Source: the human T2T-CHM13v2.0 reference genome, Homo sapiens
Direction: 5' to 3' (one strand)
DNA length: 64,000 nt
Assembly (NCBI RefSeq): GCF_009914755.1
Contig: NC_060927.1
Numbering within the stretch: the first letter of the stretch is position 1; each line of letters begins with the position of its first letter. Below are positions 38,321 through 53,637 of this stretch, one piece after another. The notes under the pieces were generated by a model, which was not told where the DNA came from, did no database searches, and was given only the letters and a program-made list of their open reading frames with translations. The position numbers and the translations under genes are program-made.

Positions 38321-39949
38321 GCTGACTTAGAGTTAAAGCTAGAAAATCTCAGAAAAAAGATCTGGTTTAGCTCTTGGCTGGGTTCCATTTGGCCCAAAGG
38401 GTAATGCTGTTCTATTCACTAAGAGACTGGTTTTCCCCCAAAGATCAGCAGTTATACTAAAGAGTTTTATGTTCCGACTTTCCAATTTTTAAAAAAAGTA
38501 AAAGGAATGTTTTATTTTTCTTTAACATAAAGAAATGCTTTTTATTAGTCTACAGACCTCAAATGATATATATTTTTTCTGGGTCAGGAGCTCTTAACAT
38601 TAGGAGGGAAAGGAGCTAACAGTAATCATCTGTGACTGCTATTAATTCTGAGTAGCTTTGTACACTGGGAAGAATAATGATCTGTGACCAGGCTACACCA
38701 CCTACTATTATTCCTGCTCATAAGGCAGAATTGACAAAAAGAGTAAAACTACTCTTGGAAAAAACAACATTCAGAGCACCAATCCATACATTCTCACCAA
38801 CTCCAACTTCACTAACTTTCTCCTTCTCCAAACTCCATCAGCACTATCACTGACAGGTTCTCTTTTTCATCTTCCTCCTCGACATGTTCTCCACCAGACT
38901 ATAACTGATCAAAAAGGGTAGAAGCCTGTTAACCTAATTTTTGAATTTTAATTTTATTTCAGCTAAGAATAAACACTGGAATTTGATCTTAATGATTCTT
39001 TGGCTGCACATTTATCTAGGGAATTACTCATAGAACATGTGTTCACTTCCTCTGAAGAGTGTAAGGTCAGATGTGTTAAGCCAGATACAAATTTTGATAT
39101 TATTACAGGAAAAAACCCCCCCTTTTTTTTTTTTTTTTACTACTTATCCCTAGAAAAAAGAGAAAGAAAATTAAACGTATTTAAATGACAATGAATTATT
39201 GCAACAAAGAATGCATGCTTTTTTAGGCTACTCTAATTAAACTCCAAATCAAGTGTGTTTTTTGTTTAAGTATGTGCTTGTGATGCTGATTCCATATGAC
39301 TTTCCAGCCACCCCCAGATTTTAGCCATATCACTACTGATAAATTGTATTAATTATATTCTTATATATGCATTACTGAATTTTAATAATATGAACATTGT
39401 GATTTCCAAAATTATTTCCTTTAACAGCAAATGCAGGATACACTTGCACAAATATGCCAAAAATGGAGAGCAAAGGTTTAAACTTTTCCAGTGAGTTTTC
39501 AAGGTTTTTTTTTGGTGAACTGGTGAGTCTGACTATACTTGCTCTAAATAACTGTCACTTTGGTCACATAATACATCTGCGAGATCTTAAAATGAGAAAG
39601 CATGGAGCTTTTACGAAACAGAAAAGTGTTCAGAAGAGTAAGTTGCAACTGTTAACTAACGTATCTGATTTCATTTGGTTACAATAAAGTTTTTATTATT
39701 TGGTACTGTGAATTTTTAGACCAGAAGTACTATATCAACCTTGTAATTGTGAGGTTTGTTAAGTTGCATCACTACAAATCTCAGATAATTCAAATACTAC
39801 TCTAATTTCACTTAATTTTTTAATGTCCTCTTTAGCCCTGGTAATTTTCCTTGTTCTGAAGTTTTGTCTGAAATTAATACAGTGACTCCAGTCTTCTTTA
39901 GTGTTCACAAGGTATATCTTTCTCCATCCCTACAGTTTTTAAATTGTGG

Positions 39950-40490
39950 TAAAACATATATAACATAAATTTAGTATTTAAAATATATTTCACTTTTTAA
40001 AGCAGTTTTAGGTTCATAATAAAACTGAATAGAAAGAACAGATATTTGTCATATATCCCTTGCCCCTACACTTGCATAGCCTCCTTCATTATTAACATTC
40101 CTGACTAAACTGATACATTTGTTACAATTGATGAACCTACACTGACACATTGTTATCACCCTGAGTCCACAGTTCATATTAGGGTTCACTCCTGGTGTAC
40201 ATTCTATAGGTCTGGACAAATATATGACATGTACCCACCACTATAGTATCACACAGAGTAGTTTCACTGCCCTAAAAATCCCATGTTCCACCTGCTCATC
40301 TCTACCTCCCCCAAAACCCTGGTAACCACTGATCTTTTTCGGGTCTCCCTAGTTTTGCCTTTTCCAGAGCATCAAACAGTTGGAATCACATAGTTGGTAG
40401 CCTTTTCGGATTGGCTGCTTTCATTTAGTAGAATGTATTTAAATTTCCTCCATGGTTTTTTGTGGCTTGATAGCTCATTTATTTAATTTT
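39950..40490 (-). mobile_element. Old L1 3' end (L1MA/MB-like)
   Basis: TTTGTTACAATTGATGAACCTACACTGACACAT, GGTAACCACTGATCTTTTT...TTTTGCCTTTTCCAGA motifs. Confidence 0.7.
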
Positions 40491-42399
40491 TAAAATACTG
40501 CATAAGATGCACATGCATTCAGAGTCCAAAGAGGGTCAATGTGACCATTTTTTTAAAAAGACATTGCCCCCAGCTTCATTCTTTTTAAGCTCAAACTCAT
40601 CTCTGCATGTGTGATAATCTACAAAACTGAATAACATGAAGGAATGTGAGCTATATATAAATCCTCTTCAACTCCACCATGCACATACTCTACCTAGAAT
40701 GCAATGGTTATACACACTGGAGTCATACAATCAATTTAAATGTCCTATCTACCACTCACTATGACCTTGAAAAGGTTACTTATTGCTGCTAAATCACAGT
40801 TTTGCCAGGGGTAAAATGGGAATATTAACAATTCAAGCTACCAAGGTTAAGATTTAAACGACATACCATACGAAAACAACTGGTGTCAAGGTCCTAAGCC
40901 ATAACAATGTGCTCAATAAATATTTGTGAGTACTATTATTGTCATAAAAGATCAGAACAGCTTTTGCCCATTGTTTATTGACCCAGTACACTTGGCTACA
41001 ATCTGGCGAAAGTTAAGAGAACAATGGCACATTATTTTAGGAAATTTAAATTTATAGCATGCTTTAAAGCTTCTAGTGTCTTGTAGAAAGTATAAATTTA
41101 TGAGAAAGTAATGCTCACTAATCAACCCAATGACCTCTACTGCAGTTCAGTAACTCACTCTCAGGACCACAACCTGGACTTTATTTTTGCCATTATTGGA
41201 AACTACTCCCAACTCTGAAATCTTAAAAACTTTAACATCTCGCTCTTCTGGTTACAGTCTCCTGACCTCTCAGCTCTCTTACACCCACTGCATACTTTCT
41301 GTGAACTGGATTTCTCTCTTCTCTCTCCATCTGTTAAGCTGATCCTGGCCTCACTTCTTTCTCTACCTAGTCTGGGCCTCACGTCCAATACATTAACTAC
41401 ACTCTTTCTGATATCTTCGCTTTCTAGCCACTGTATTCTTCTTGAGCATATATCTGCCTGGCAAAAGCTCCACCCTAGATCATTAAATAATTTCTCTTTG
41501 TCAAAGAGTTGAGCACTATAGAAAGAGAAAAAACTCACAAAACCCAGGAGATGAGTGTCATCAGATAGTAATGGGTTCCAGCCTCAGATGGGCACTCAAA
41601 GCCTCTCAGTTTTCTCTTATTTGGTGGTACTCAAAGTCAAGTCAATGTTAGAATCACTTACAGGCTAATTAAAGGTTCTCAGGCTCCTATTTCCACCTCC
41701 CTGGATTCTAACAAGTATGTCAGAAAGATGACCTGAAACTTGGAAATAGGGTAAAAAAAAAGTGTGCAGCACATCCTTTAAATGTCATAAAAAGCAAAAG
41801 CCACTCAAAGTTATAGGGCAAAATAATTACCACCTGCTATTTAATGCTGATTAAAGGTTGCAGTCTTGGTTACATGTTAACTTACAGATTGTTTGGTAAA
41901 GATGCACATAATTTCTCTATAGTTGAAAAAATAACCTATAGGTAAAAGTTTAAGGCTTTGTTGGCCATTAATCAGTTTTGGCCATCTAATGCAGCTATCA
42001 TATCCTAACATTGCCTATAAACACCTAGCTTCTCAAATACTCTATGGACAGTTTTAACATTTTACTGATTCCCTTATTAATGAATGAGTTGAACAAAATA
42101 TTTGGTGTGTTTATCTTATATTTGCAAGACAACTGATTTTGCCTTTTTTGCAAATTATAACCTGTAATTGTAGTTCTTCAGTGGGGCCTTGGATCTGCAG
42201 TTTTACAAGCTTTAAAACACTAAGGGTAACAACTAAAAACACACAAAACCTCCTTCTACATGGTGTCCCCTCACCACCCCCCATCTACCACCTTTTTCTC
42301 ACTTTTTCCTTCTTGTACATAGATTTCTTTAGTTGCCTATACTTGATGTCTTCTTTGCCTCCTTTTCTAATGTCAATGCACTGCAATTCACGTTCAAGA

Positions 42400-42835
42400 C
42401 TGTTGCGGGTTGAATTGTGTCCCTCAAAAAGACACATGTTCAAGTCCTAATTTTTGGTACCTACAAATGTGACCTTATCTGGAAACTGGATTTTGCAAAT
42501 GTAATCAAGTTAAAATGAAGTCATTCTGGAGTTAGGGTGGGCCCTAATCCAACAACTGGTGTTTTCTAAGAGGAGGAAAGTTTAGACAGAGATGCAGGGA
42601 GAACCACATGTAACCACAGAGGCAGAGACTGGAGTGATATATTAAAAGCCAAGCAATGCTAAGAGTTGCAATCACCAAAAAGCTAGAAAGAGATAAGGAT
42701 CCTACCTTAGAGTCTTAGGAAAGAGCATGGCCCTCTGCACACCCTGCTGTCAGAATTCTAACCTCCATAACTGTGAGACAATAAATTTAAGTCAGTTAAG
42801 CTTGTGGTACTTTGTTACAGCTGCCCTAGGAAACA
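42400..42835 (+). mobile_element. MaLR LTR (MLT1B/C-like)
   Basis: TGTTGCGGGTTGAATTGTGTCCCTCAAAA...GTGGTACTTTGTTACAGCTGCCCTAGGAAAC. Confidence 0.8.
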
Positions 42836-43454
42836 CACAGATCTACATATCCAATGAAACTCTTCACTAAAGCAGTCAGTTTCTGAGCTGCCAAAAGCCA
42901 ATGGAGAATTTTCCATCCTTATCTTTTGTTACCTTCTACAGCATCTGGCATTGCTGGCACTTCCTTCTCTTGCTTCCTTCTCCCTTACTTCATATCTCCC
43001 CTCCCTCCTTCTTAAATCTCTCCTCCCATGTCTTAATTCCTTTAACCCTCCAACTGCATCTCGCAGACCTTAACTGTATGTAACCTTGTTACTACCAGCT
43101 GTTGATGTTGCTATTCTTCAGAGTTCTTTCCCCACTCTGTATTCTATGTGGGCAATCTACTCCTTGACTTCAGTTGTCACTAAATGGAGAAAGCTCCAAA
43201 GTCTTCAATCTTATCTATATACATACTAAGCACTTTTGCTCAGAAGTTCCACTTCATTTGAAACTCCACATGTCCTACGCATTCAATGAACAACCTCCAC
43301 ATGTCCAGCAGTGTGCTACTAGGTATTAGGAACAACAGTAAAAATGTCAGACAAGACCCCTGTCCTTACAGAGTTTACAATATAGGGAGTAAGACAAACA
43401 CAGAGAGTCATTCCAGGGATGATGAGTACTACAGGGAAGTAATGAGTGCTTCAG

Positions 43455-43580
43455 TGTGAGTGTGAGAATGTGTGTGTGTGTGTGCATGTGTGACAGAGGG
43501 AGAGGGAGAAGGAGAGAGGGAGAGGGAGGGAGAGAGAGAGAGAGAGAAAGAAAGAAAAAAGCAAGCAAGCAAGCAAGCAG
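43455..43580 (+). repeat. Compound microsatellite (TG)n-(GA)n-(GCAA)n
   Basis: Directly visible. Confidence 0.9.
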
Positions 43581-46500
43581 TTAGCTAGGTAGAAATCCTG
43601 GTGAATGAGAGAAGTGGAATGCAGGAAGAGGAAGAAGATTCCAGAAAGAAAAATCTCAATATTAAACTGACTTGGCTCTCTCAAATTTAACTAATCATTA
43701 TATTTTATACTTTTTATCTCCTTAGCAGTTCTAAATTTAGTCCCTCTGAACAAGTGCAGGCCCTTGCAAAGTTCTCTAATAGGTTTCCCCACTTTCTATC
43801 TTTTCTCCCTCTAATCCACTGTCCACACTTCAGCCAGAGTTTCTTAAATACTAACTGGGTCATGTAGGTCCCTTATTTAGAAATCCTTTAACTGTTTTCC
43901 ACTGATGATACAACGAAGTTCAAATGCTTCAGCCAGGATACAAAGGCTATCATAATCTGGCCCCTGATTCCCTTTCTGGTCTCATCTCTTCACTTTTCCC
44001 ACAACCTCTTTGTTCCACAGTCCTGAACTATAGGTGACTCCCCACATGCTCCACGCTCTCACCTCTGTGCCACTGCACTTAACATTCCACTCTGCCAAGA
44101 ATAACGTCCCTCCTCCTTTTATCCACCTAGCAAATACCTACTCAATGTTATTTTCTTTGTGAAACCTTTCTGAAGCTCCTGGTGTTTCCCCCTATTTCCA
44201 TAATAATATCTTTCTGTACTTAATATGCTTAATTATGCATATTTATGTCAGGTTACCATACCAACCTATAAAATTTGGTTAGAAAGGCAATGCATTCTAC
44301 TCACCTTTATAAGCATACACACAGAAATAAAACATACAAGGCTCTTAGCACATGCTGTTGAATGAGAAATAAGCCTAAACTAATGTTATGGTAGACAACT
44401 AACACATTAGAAAGTACATAGGCTTTGGAGTCCAACAGACTTAGATTCAAATTCTAGACATGCCAGTTTTCAAGATCCTGGACACTTAACTGCCACAAGC
44501 TTACATACCCTAACCAGTATACTGGTGAGGATGCAACTACCTCACGGATGAGGATACCACCACCCATCTCCCAAGATAAATGTAAAGGTTCAGTAAGAAC
44601 TTCTTTAAAATACAGTGGACTCTTTATAAATGTAACACTCTTTCTCCTAGAAGAGGATGCCTCTGTTTATCTAGTACCCTGCCTTATCCTTCTCTGGAAG
44701 GTGCTCTGCAGTTTCCCAACAGTTTTAATATGACCTCATGCCCCCTGGTTATTTGACTGGTCCAAGGGTGGGTACTGAATCACACTGGGTCAGTGTGAGG
44801 GCCAACTCACCCTTTCCTGGACCTTGTACAATAGGGAAAATACAGAATTTCTCCGTGTTAAAACCGTAAGCCTTCGGGATTGCCAGCAGCCATGATTCCT
44901 TCCACAAAGAGAAAGCCAGACTGAAACAAGAGGGAAGAACTAAGCTGAGTCCTTGGTTCCTGAAGTCTAGCTGCATTCCTGCCTTCCCCTCTCAATCCTC
45001 CCAATAGTTTCTCCTTCTACCTTAATCAGATATGGATTTCTGTTCTCTATAACCTCAAAAGTCCTAACTAAAACACTCTTCCTCCATGCATGCAAAAGAA
45101 TGTCCACCTCACATCCAGACCTATAAAGCTGGCTTTTAGGATGCCAAGAGTAGACAGAAACAAAGGTATATCAGGAAAGAAGAGATAAAATGATCTGAGA
45201 TGGTGGGGATCAAAAAACACTGAAGCACACCAACAGGCAGAAGGCTGAAGAGGCAGAGCAAAGGTCAAAAAGGAGAGCACAGAACTCATATTAAGATTTG
45301 GGTGGGCTGGAGACAGTCATGCCTTTCTGCCACATTCCTCTATTGCATGCTCTGACTCCTCTCACTGAGCTGGGGGTGGAACAATAATTGGGGATAAAGG
45401 GAAGAGGGATGGAAAAGTGAGTCTTAGTGGAACGGAAACATATAAAAATGGAAATTTTAACTGCAGAGTAAAATGAAACAAAATTTTCTTTGACATATTG
45501 ATTCATTCATTGAACAAAAATTTACTTGCTACCCAGATTCAATCCCAGCCCTCGTTACAGTCTAAAAAGAAAGATGAGTTACATATTTTAAAATATTTAG
45601 AGTAGTAACTGGATGTCAAGTTCAACAAGGCTATTATTTAAATCCAGGTATGTCCAAGTCCAAAGCCTCCAGATTTTCAAAGACCACTGTAGTAAGAAAA
45701 AAAAAAAAAAGAAACCAATAATAAAGATAGGCAAAGCTGCTTGGTTTTTCAAACTAAAACAAAAACCAAAACAAACAAAAATCTGACAGTGTAAATGACA
45801 GTTTCAGTAAAGCAGAAACAAAACCCTTGCTTTTTTATTGCAAGGGTTAAAAAATAAATTAACAATTTAACAAATATCTGCTGTGTGCCAGTCACTAAGA
45901 AAATATACAGCACAAATGTAGATTACCATTTAGAAAGCTCGTCACTGAAAAAAGCAGAGATACAAGGTACCACAAAGCAATGAAAAAAGAGATATGTAAA
46001 AGCCAGTGGCATTTTGAGCATGTTTCCAGATATAAAGTAAAAGTGCCATCAAAGTGTAAAGCATGCCAAAACAAAATTCACATTCCCCAATGTAGCAGTG
46101 CTCTGATAAAGAGGAAGAGGACCAGGTTTCAGTCAGGAGGAAGTCATACTGTGCAAGGATTAGGAGCAGGGCAGGAGTTCGGCTGTACAAATCAGCTTTA
46201 CAAAGTGAGATAGTCTGCTAAGCAGTAATCCCCACTTGGGACTTGATTAGCCAGACCTCATTTGTGGCAGATCTAATCATGATGACCACATGACTTAATC
46301 TTGTAACTATGAGCTATCCAGAACCAGAGAAAGCAGAGAATGGGGATTATCACATGGGCCCAAGTTTGGGAACTGTCCAAGATCACGGAAAGAGCATTGT
46401 TGAGATGATGGATTTGGGGTGCCTGAGTTGAGAAGAGATAACCAAACCTAGTGACAGACAAATGAACCAGGTGAAAGAGGAAGCACCTGAGGCTAATGTC

Positions 46501-47914
46501 AGGCCTAACATCGCAGATACAAACTCCTCAGTCTGCCCCTCAATGGGAAGTCCTCCACAATACGTTCCAGCCTCCATTTCTCATTACTTTTCTATTACAC
46601 CAGATTAGTGAAGCTACCTGAATGCTCCCCAGCAACATCCACTGGCAAGAAAAAGGAGACAGGCAACTACGAGAACAAAAACTAGGGGGACTTTTATAAT
46701 ATTGGAGATGCCTATTGAAGTCAGAAGCTGAAAGCATGCAAAGGAGAAAGTGTGCCCAAATTGCTGGCACTGATTTAGGCTGTCACGGTTGTTAAGGATG
46801 ACCCATCTGAGGGGAGCAGAGCTTTCTAAGAAGTAGGCATGTCTATTTTCAGAATTTCAGCTTGAAGGATTCCTCTCATAGTCAAGGGTGTGCAGCAAAG
46901 GAGTCTTCCTCCTGGGAAGAGGTGGGACTGGGAAAGGCTGGGAAGACTGTTAGGCTCTGAGCAAACAGGTAGTAAGGGTGAAGACATGGCTCTGTTCCCG
47001 GCTCCTGAACTGACCACTAATTTACGGGGATTAGGCAAAGGACAACAGCATGAAGTGCATGCCGGTGCCAAGGGATGAACCAAATAATGTGCTCAGGGTA
47101 GCAGATTAACTCTAGAAATGGGGTTCTTAATTCACATAATTTGAATGACAGACACTATGATAAGTATTAGAAATAAGAAAATGAATAAAACTCTCTCCGC
47201 TGGCAGGAATAAATACTTAGAATACAGTGTGGAATGTATTATTCGGAGATGAGTGTGTGGGGACTGTTCGAGAACTCTTCATAAAGGGATGATACCCAAG
47301 AAGGGTTTTGAAGGCTGATCGAGAGTTTACCGAGAAGACAAGGAAAGTAAGAGCATTTCAAGTAGAGGAAACTGCATATATGAAGAGGTTAGTATAGGGA
47401 ACAAGGCAAAATGGCATGAAATTATATCTTAGAAGAATAAAATTAGCTCAGTCTCATATCTGAACTATACAGTGTGAGAAATGCTGGCATTAGATTAAGT
47501 CAGAGTGAAAGGGAGGGACCAGACTGTGAAAAAAATTACTTACATGATACGCAAAGGAGTTTGGACGGTATCTTACAGATGATAAAGGGGCTGCTGGCAA
47601 CACTATGGAAGTCATTAACACAGCTCCAAGAGGAAAATGCCCCAGCATGTGGTACCATGCCTGGCCCACAGTAACCAACCAACGTTTTTCCAATAACTGG
47701 GCAGACACAGGGCATGAGTTCAAGAAGCAAACAGTGGAGCATGACCAGAATGAGTTTTGCTACTCATTCTAAAAGGGTGGGCTTTCACACTCCCACTTTC
47801 CTGACTCCCCAGGTTATAATCTTATGATCTTACTCTTCAAATATCCGCTGTTCCTTGTGGACAAGAAACCTACCAAACTTCAAAGCTTACCAATCTAAAA
47901 CCACTTTATCAGTG

Positions 47915-48082
47915 AGGCGTCTCCTACTTCTCCAGGAGTTGTGAGCTTTTTCTGCCTTATACAACCTTCTTATAACCTTCCTTGATTATTATTATAGTAG
48001 GCGTCTCCTGCTTCTCCAGGAGTGGTGAGTTCTCTCTGCCTTACATAACCTTCTGATATCCTTCCTTGGTTATTATTATATA
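47915..48082 (+). repeat. Diverged 84-bp tandem duplication (2 copies)
   Basis: AGGCGTCTCCT(A/G)CTTCTCCAGGAGT...CCTTCCTTG(A/G)TTATTATTATA at 47915 and 47999. Confidence 0.9.
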
Positions 48083-51000
48083 TATTCCAACTTGAATTAC
48101 TTTCTCAAATAGACTGTAGGTTCTCTGAAGACAATAACAATGTTTTACTCTTCTCTGAATGTCTCAGGACTATACTGAGGTACATGCACACTCTCTTGAG
48201 AGTTCACAGTTGGTACCCCTTCATACTGATAGTTCTTAATGAGAGAATGATAAAGAGTGCCAATACCTTCTCTTTGATCCCAGGCAATTCAGTTTTGAAG
48301 GCAAGGTTGCACACACCCTACTCAACAAAAGCCTTGCAGGGAATTCTGGGCCACTCTCCTTAAAAAGCAGTTGAGGGAACGTGCATCTTGGGATTCTCCC
48401 ATAATTCAAGCAGCAAATCAAAGTTTTTCTTTCAATTACACACCCATCAGGGTGCACGTTCAGCTGGTGAATGATGTTTTAGTAGCCCTTGGAAATCATG
48501 AGTATCTCATCAGCTTCAGTGGGTACTGCACTGGCACTCATTAGATACTAGTTTATTTGAATATCTGTATTTTCTGTCCTCATAGGTTGTACTAATTTAA
48601 CCCAAATAATGAACTGAAAAATTAGCCTGATATTTGTTTCTAAACTAACATTTTGAACTGAAATACTTTCTCAAAGATTTTTCTCCAGAATGAAGAATTC
48701 AATTAAATACAATAACAGCTCTGAACAATACAGTAATTACTTTATAAATACTGAATGTCTTATGATAAAATTTTGCATTTTGAAATTTTTGTTTTACTGT
48801 ATTTTGTAGGTATGCTTATGTGTGCTAAATTAGCCTATAAGTTAATTTTACATGAACACACTATTAAAATTACAACTACAAAAGATTATGCAGGTATGTG
48901 AATATGTAATAGAAAGGAAAGTTAAAAATTATAAGTCGATGGATTAGAAGACAGAAATGTGGATAATCATCTACGTTTTTAGTTTTGAGTAATAATCATT
49001 GTTATCCATACAATATTTAAAAATAAATACAAAGTCCTATGGCCGTAAGGTTGTTATAAAGAAAACCGAATCCAGGAGCCACATCAGAAAAATTGCCAAA
49101 TTGTCTCACTTCATATTTCAACAATCACACTTAGCAAATATCACTATCTTTATGAAGCTTTTCCTCATCCTTCTACTGTTGGGTCATCATTCCATATCCT
49201 TCCAAATATATCAAGAAGTGGAAGCAGAAACTGTCTACTTGTATGCATTCAATTAATGTCCAACATTACTACCTGAGCTTCACTTCCCAGTGTCACTTTG
49301 CTAAGTGTAGTCCTAAATTTAAATTCTACTCCTATGTAAATCTAGCCCTTTCCCACATACATGATCTATTAACTTTTGGAAATTAATTTGTCATTTTAAT
49401 TCTACTACTGGTATTTTACTTATGCCAATTCCACCATTTTAAGATATTTTTACATGTTTGTCTTTAAAATGAGGCTCAGATGTTCAAATGGAATTATCAA
49501 CTATCCCCAGGGAAAATAATATGTTCTTTTTGTTTCTAACACTGAGAAATCTACCTATAATTTACCTGCAATCTTAGAATCAATTTTTCATTTACAAGTT
49601 TCAAAAATGTGCTGTTTCAATCTGATCATTCACACGTGTGGATTGTGTGCTGCTTCTAATTTTCATTTTGTAAAATTAATTAGAAATATAGCAGAAAAGG
49701 ATGCTTTGATTTATTTGCTTCTGAACAAAACTGGATAAGAGCCCCAATGTTTTATCAGACAAAGAAAAGACAATGGAAATTTCTAAATTAACCTAATGTC
49801 AATGTGAAAAATAATTACAAATGTTTATTTGCAGAGAGAAATAAGTTTTTATTTTCTGGCAACTCACAAATATTGTTCAAAAATATTTCCCTGCATCACA
49901 AGCAAATAAAGGCATTCCTTGACAGAATATAAACTTTTTCACATATTGGTTCCAAATATGTTCAAATAACTGAAACATCCTTTTTAAGAATGAACCTGAT
50001 TTGTTTCACAGATTAAATTAGCAAAGAAAAACTAATATCTTCACAACATGTTATATATTAATAGGCCCAAACAAATCAGGCTTAATGGTTTTTAAGAATT
50101 AATTCCCTGATATTTTACCATGTTCAAATTACATTCTAACCAAGAAAGTAGGCAAGCCTTCCAGGATACAAATGAGGAAGCTGAGCTCCTGATATGAAGT
50201 AACCCAAATTCCTACAGTCATAATGGAAACCAGAGACCTAAAATCATAGTAAACCATCAACTTCCAATAAATTTAATACAATAGCAAATATGCTACCAGC
50301 ATAAGTTTCACCAATTTAATTTTTTTGAGATGTACATTTTACAGAAAAAAAGTCTTCAATAAAAAAGATTTCGAAGACCAACTTCTTGATATCCAACTTA
50401 GAACTCTACACAAATACAAGCCATATGTGAAACATCAACATAATAAATAGAGGTAAACAGAATATATTTATAAATTTATAAGTGAAACAGAACTGGTTAA
50501 AATACATCTGTTGTGAAAAGTCGGTAAGTTTTCAAACTAATGATACATTTTATTCGGAGCCAAATAAAAAGAAAGGTCATTGTGAACAGAAAATCTATTG
50601 AGGAATAGCTATGTATGACATTAATTGGAATGAAGGTAATATATTCTGCTATTTCAAAATGATGTCAGAAAGAAAAAAGACACTGAAGCACATTTCTACC
50701 TCTCCATACTAGATGCATTTCTACCTTCAGTTGTCAAATAAAGAAAAAAAATCTATCAAAGAAACCTTTTTTGCAGTTTAATTTTTATTCTGACTATATG
50801 CGAATTACAGAAAATTTAGAAAAGTATAAAGAAATGTCCCACAATTTTACCACCAAAAGACAACAACTGTCAACAGTTTATTTCCTTCCAGTCTTAAGAC
50901 TTCTTATAGAGTAAAAACTCTACCTTGTAGCTGAACATTACAACATGTACAAATCCCATTAAAAATTCTAAAGGTGTTTTAAACAGACTTCTTTTCAGGT

Positions 51001-51566
51001 TATGTGAGGGAATATCAGTAGACCCTAAAGAACATCTGTTAGACTGGGAAGACTGGCTTAAAAGGAATTCCACCACGGGCTGCTTTAGGGTCCTTTGAGT
51101 AAAAAATTTAATTTTTAAAAATGAGAAAATTCAAATCTCAAATAATTGTGAGTTTTCAGATGATGTATACCTAATTAGCTCTTAATTTATCAACTTAGTA
51201 AGATCGAGATTAGTAATAATCATTTATAGCTATTTTAAGCTTTTCCCTTTGCAAAATTCCTGCATACTATCATTTCATTTATATTAAGCTATGAGATAGG
51301 TATGCATGCTCACCTTAATGATGTAGAAAACTGAGGTACAAAGAGATTAAATATTAAATGATTTAGCAAAATTTACCCAAGCAATTTAGAAGAACTAAAA
51401 AAAAAAAAGTCTTTTAATTATCAGAATCATTTCTATTTATGTTGATGTTTACATAAGATGACACTGTTAAAGAGAAATGTATTTGTTAAAATGTTCTGGT
51501 AAAAAAAAATTATATTAAACCTTAAAAAATGAAGTAATGTTGCTTGTCTGATTAGACTGGCTATTT

Positions 51567-51860
51567 CTTTTTCTTTTTTTTTTTTTTTTTGAGACAGTCT
51601 CGCTCTGTCGCCAGGCTGGAGTGCAGTGGCGCGATCGCTGCAACCTCCGCCTCCCGGGTTCAAGCGATTCCCCTGCCTCAGCCTCCTGAGTACCTGGGAC
51701 TACAGGCATGTGCCACCATGCCCGGCTAATTTTTTGTATTTTAGGAGAGACGGGGTTTCACCATGTTGGTCAGGATGGTCTCGATCTCCTGACCTCGTGA
51801 TCTGCCCGCCTCAGCCTCCCAAAGTGCTCGGATTACAGGTGTGAGCCACTGCGCCCGGTA
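51567..51860 (-). mobile_element. Alu (AluSc-like) in intron 1
   Basis: Reverse Alu; TSD TAGACTGGC. Confidence 0.93.
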
Positions 51861-53432
51861 GACTGGCCTTTTCTAAAAACAAGGCAATCCCTCATTTGGA
51901 AGGTAGACATGTAACTGATTCTATACTGTTCCAAGATTTTTTTTAATAACATGATACAAACACTATCAGATCCAGAAACAAGCAAAGCAGAGTACTCTGC
52001 CTATGGAGTAATATGCCCTCCTGCATCAAGGTACCTTATATTCTTTGTGTCTCAATGTCCTTACGTTTGAACTGGGATAACAATAACTATCTCAGCTGAT
52101 TGTAGTGAAGATTCAAGGAGTTAATAAACCCAAACCACTTAGTCCAGTTGTTCCAGCCACAAAGTAAGCCCTAAGTGTTAGCCATATATAAGCCTGTTTT
52201 CCCCCCTACCAGGAGGGAAATACATCTCTACAGTGGAAAGAAGGATTTCACACTTTAATATATTAAATGATGATGATGTTCAGTAATTTTAGAAGACGAT
52301 CTAACTAAAACCTAAATGCTAAGCATCTAAATTTTGAGTTACTCTATATAGAAACGTGTCTAGATGTAAGGGGTCAGTTTGCCAAATACATTTTTTCCTT
52401 ATAGTTACAGAGATTATATTTCCACATGCCTGTCAAGGTTCGGCATCTTCTTAATGACAGGCCATGATTCCATACTTCACTGAAAACCATGAGAGCAACA
52501 TAAAGCTGGGCTTAAAGGTAGAGAACAATTTTCTTTTTAAAAAACTCTCTTCCTAGCAATAAGTAACAATCCAATCCTTATCCTTCCCACTGCAATAAAA
52601 TGGAAAATGCAATGGAAATATCTTTTCAAAAACTGATGCCAAACTGATTCAAAAAGTGTGGTACACTACGGGAAAACAGTACTAAAGGGGAAAAGAAATC
52701 ACCCTGCATTCTCCTTCCATTATGATAAGTATTTAATAAACAGTTTTGCCTGTTTCTGGAACAGGTTTTTCAAGGATTGTAGGTGGAAAAAAAAAAAAGT
52801 TTTGTCACTTTCTGGAAAGGCTTACCTTTTTAATGTGGAGAGCTTCACTTGGGCAAATTAGCATAGCGTTGGGTCAGACCCAGTGTTTGACCAAGGCAGT
52901 CTAGACCACCAGCCTCAATGATGGATTGTAAAGAACATGTTCTGAATCCAAGACTCAGAGATAAGCAGAAACTATTCCATTCGCTTCAGAACCCGGGCTC
53001 TTTCACAAAGGATCATAATTACCACCACTTACCTTTAATAGGCTTAAGATGCTATTTAATTAACCTGCCTTCCTACAGTGTCCATCCATCCGTGCAGCTT
53101 AACTTTAGGGGTCATTACCTCCAAAGGTTCTTTTTCCTCCCCAAAATTTTCCCCAGAAGGACCTAATATCAACGAGGCTTTCATAGCAGGGTCTCACGTC
53201 CCCCTTTCAGAAAAATAAATGGCCTTGCCAAAAAGTAAAGCCGCGCCAACTTGGGGGACAGACGGGCAAGACCTTGCCTTTGCAACTCAACCCCGTGAGT
53301 ACCCAGCCAGGTCCGGCCACGCACGAAAGCGCACCGCGCCTCCCTGCAGCGTCTGCAGATTTGTTCAGGGGCCAAGAGACCCGCAGCCCCGACGGAGGTT
53401 CCCCCGCCGCTCACTCCCCTGGGACCACTCAC

Positions 53433-53637
53433 CTTGCTGGGCTCCAGCGTCCTCGAGCAGCAGGAGCAGGACAAGTAAGAGCAGGAGGAACAGAGGCATG
53501 GAGAAGGAGGAGGAGTTGGAGCAGGGAGGGAGGGAGCGGGAGAGGGGGAGCGCGGCCCAGGCGGGGGCGGCGGCCGCGGCCCGGACTTGGGGACACTGCG
53601 GGCAGCGCCTGGCTCTCACCACCGCCCGGCTCGCCAT
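53433..53637 (-). CDS. DCBLD2: DCBLD2 coding exon 1 ([14 protein letters not shown]...[23 protein letters not shown]), unusually long signal peptide
   Basis: ATG at 53637 in strong Kozak context (GCCGCGATGG); the translation matches the recalled human DCBLD2 N-terminus; donor CAAG|GTGAGT at 53433/53432; 205 nt, phase 1. Confidence 0.97.
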
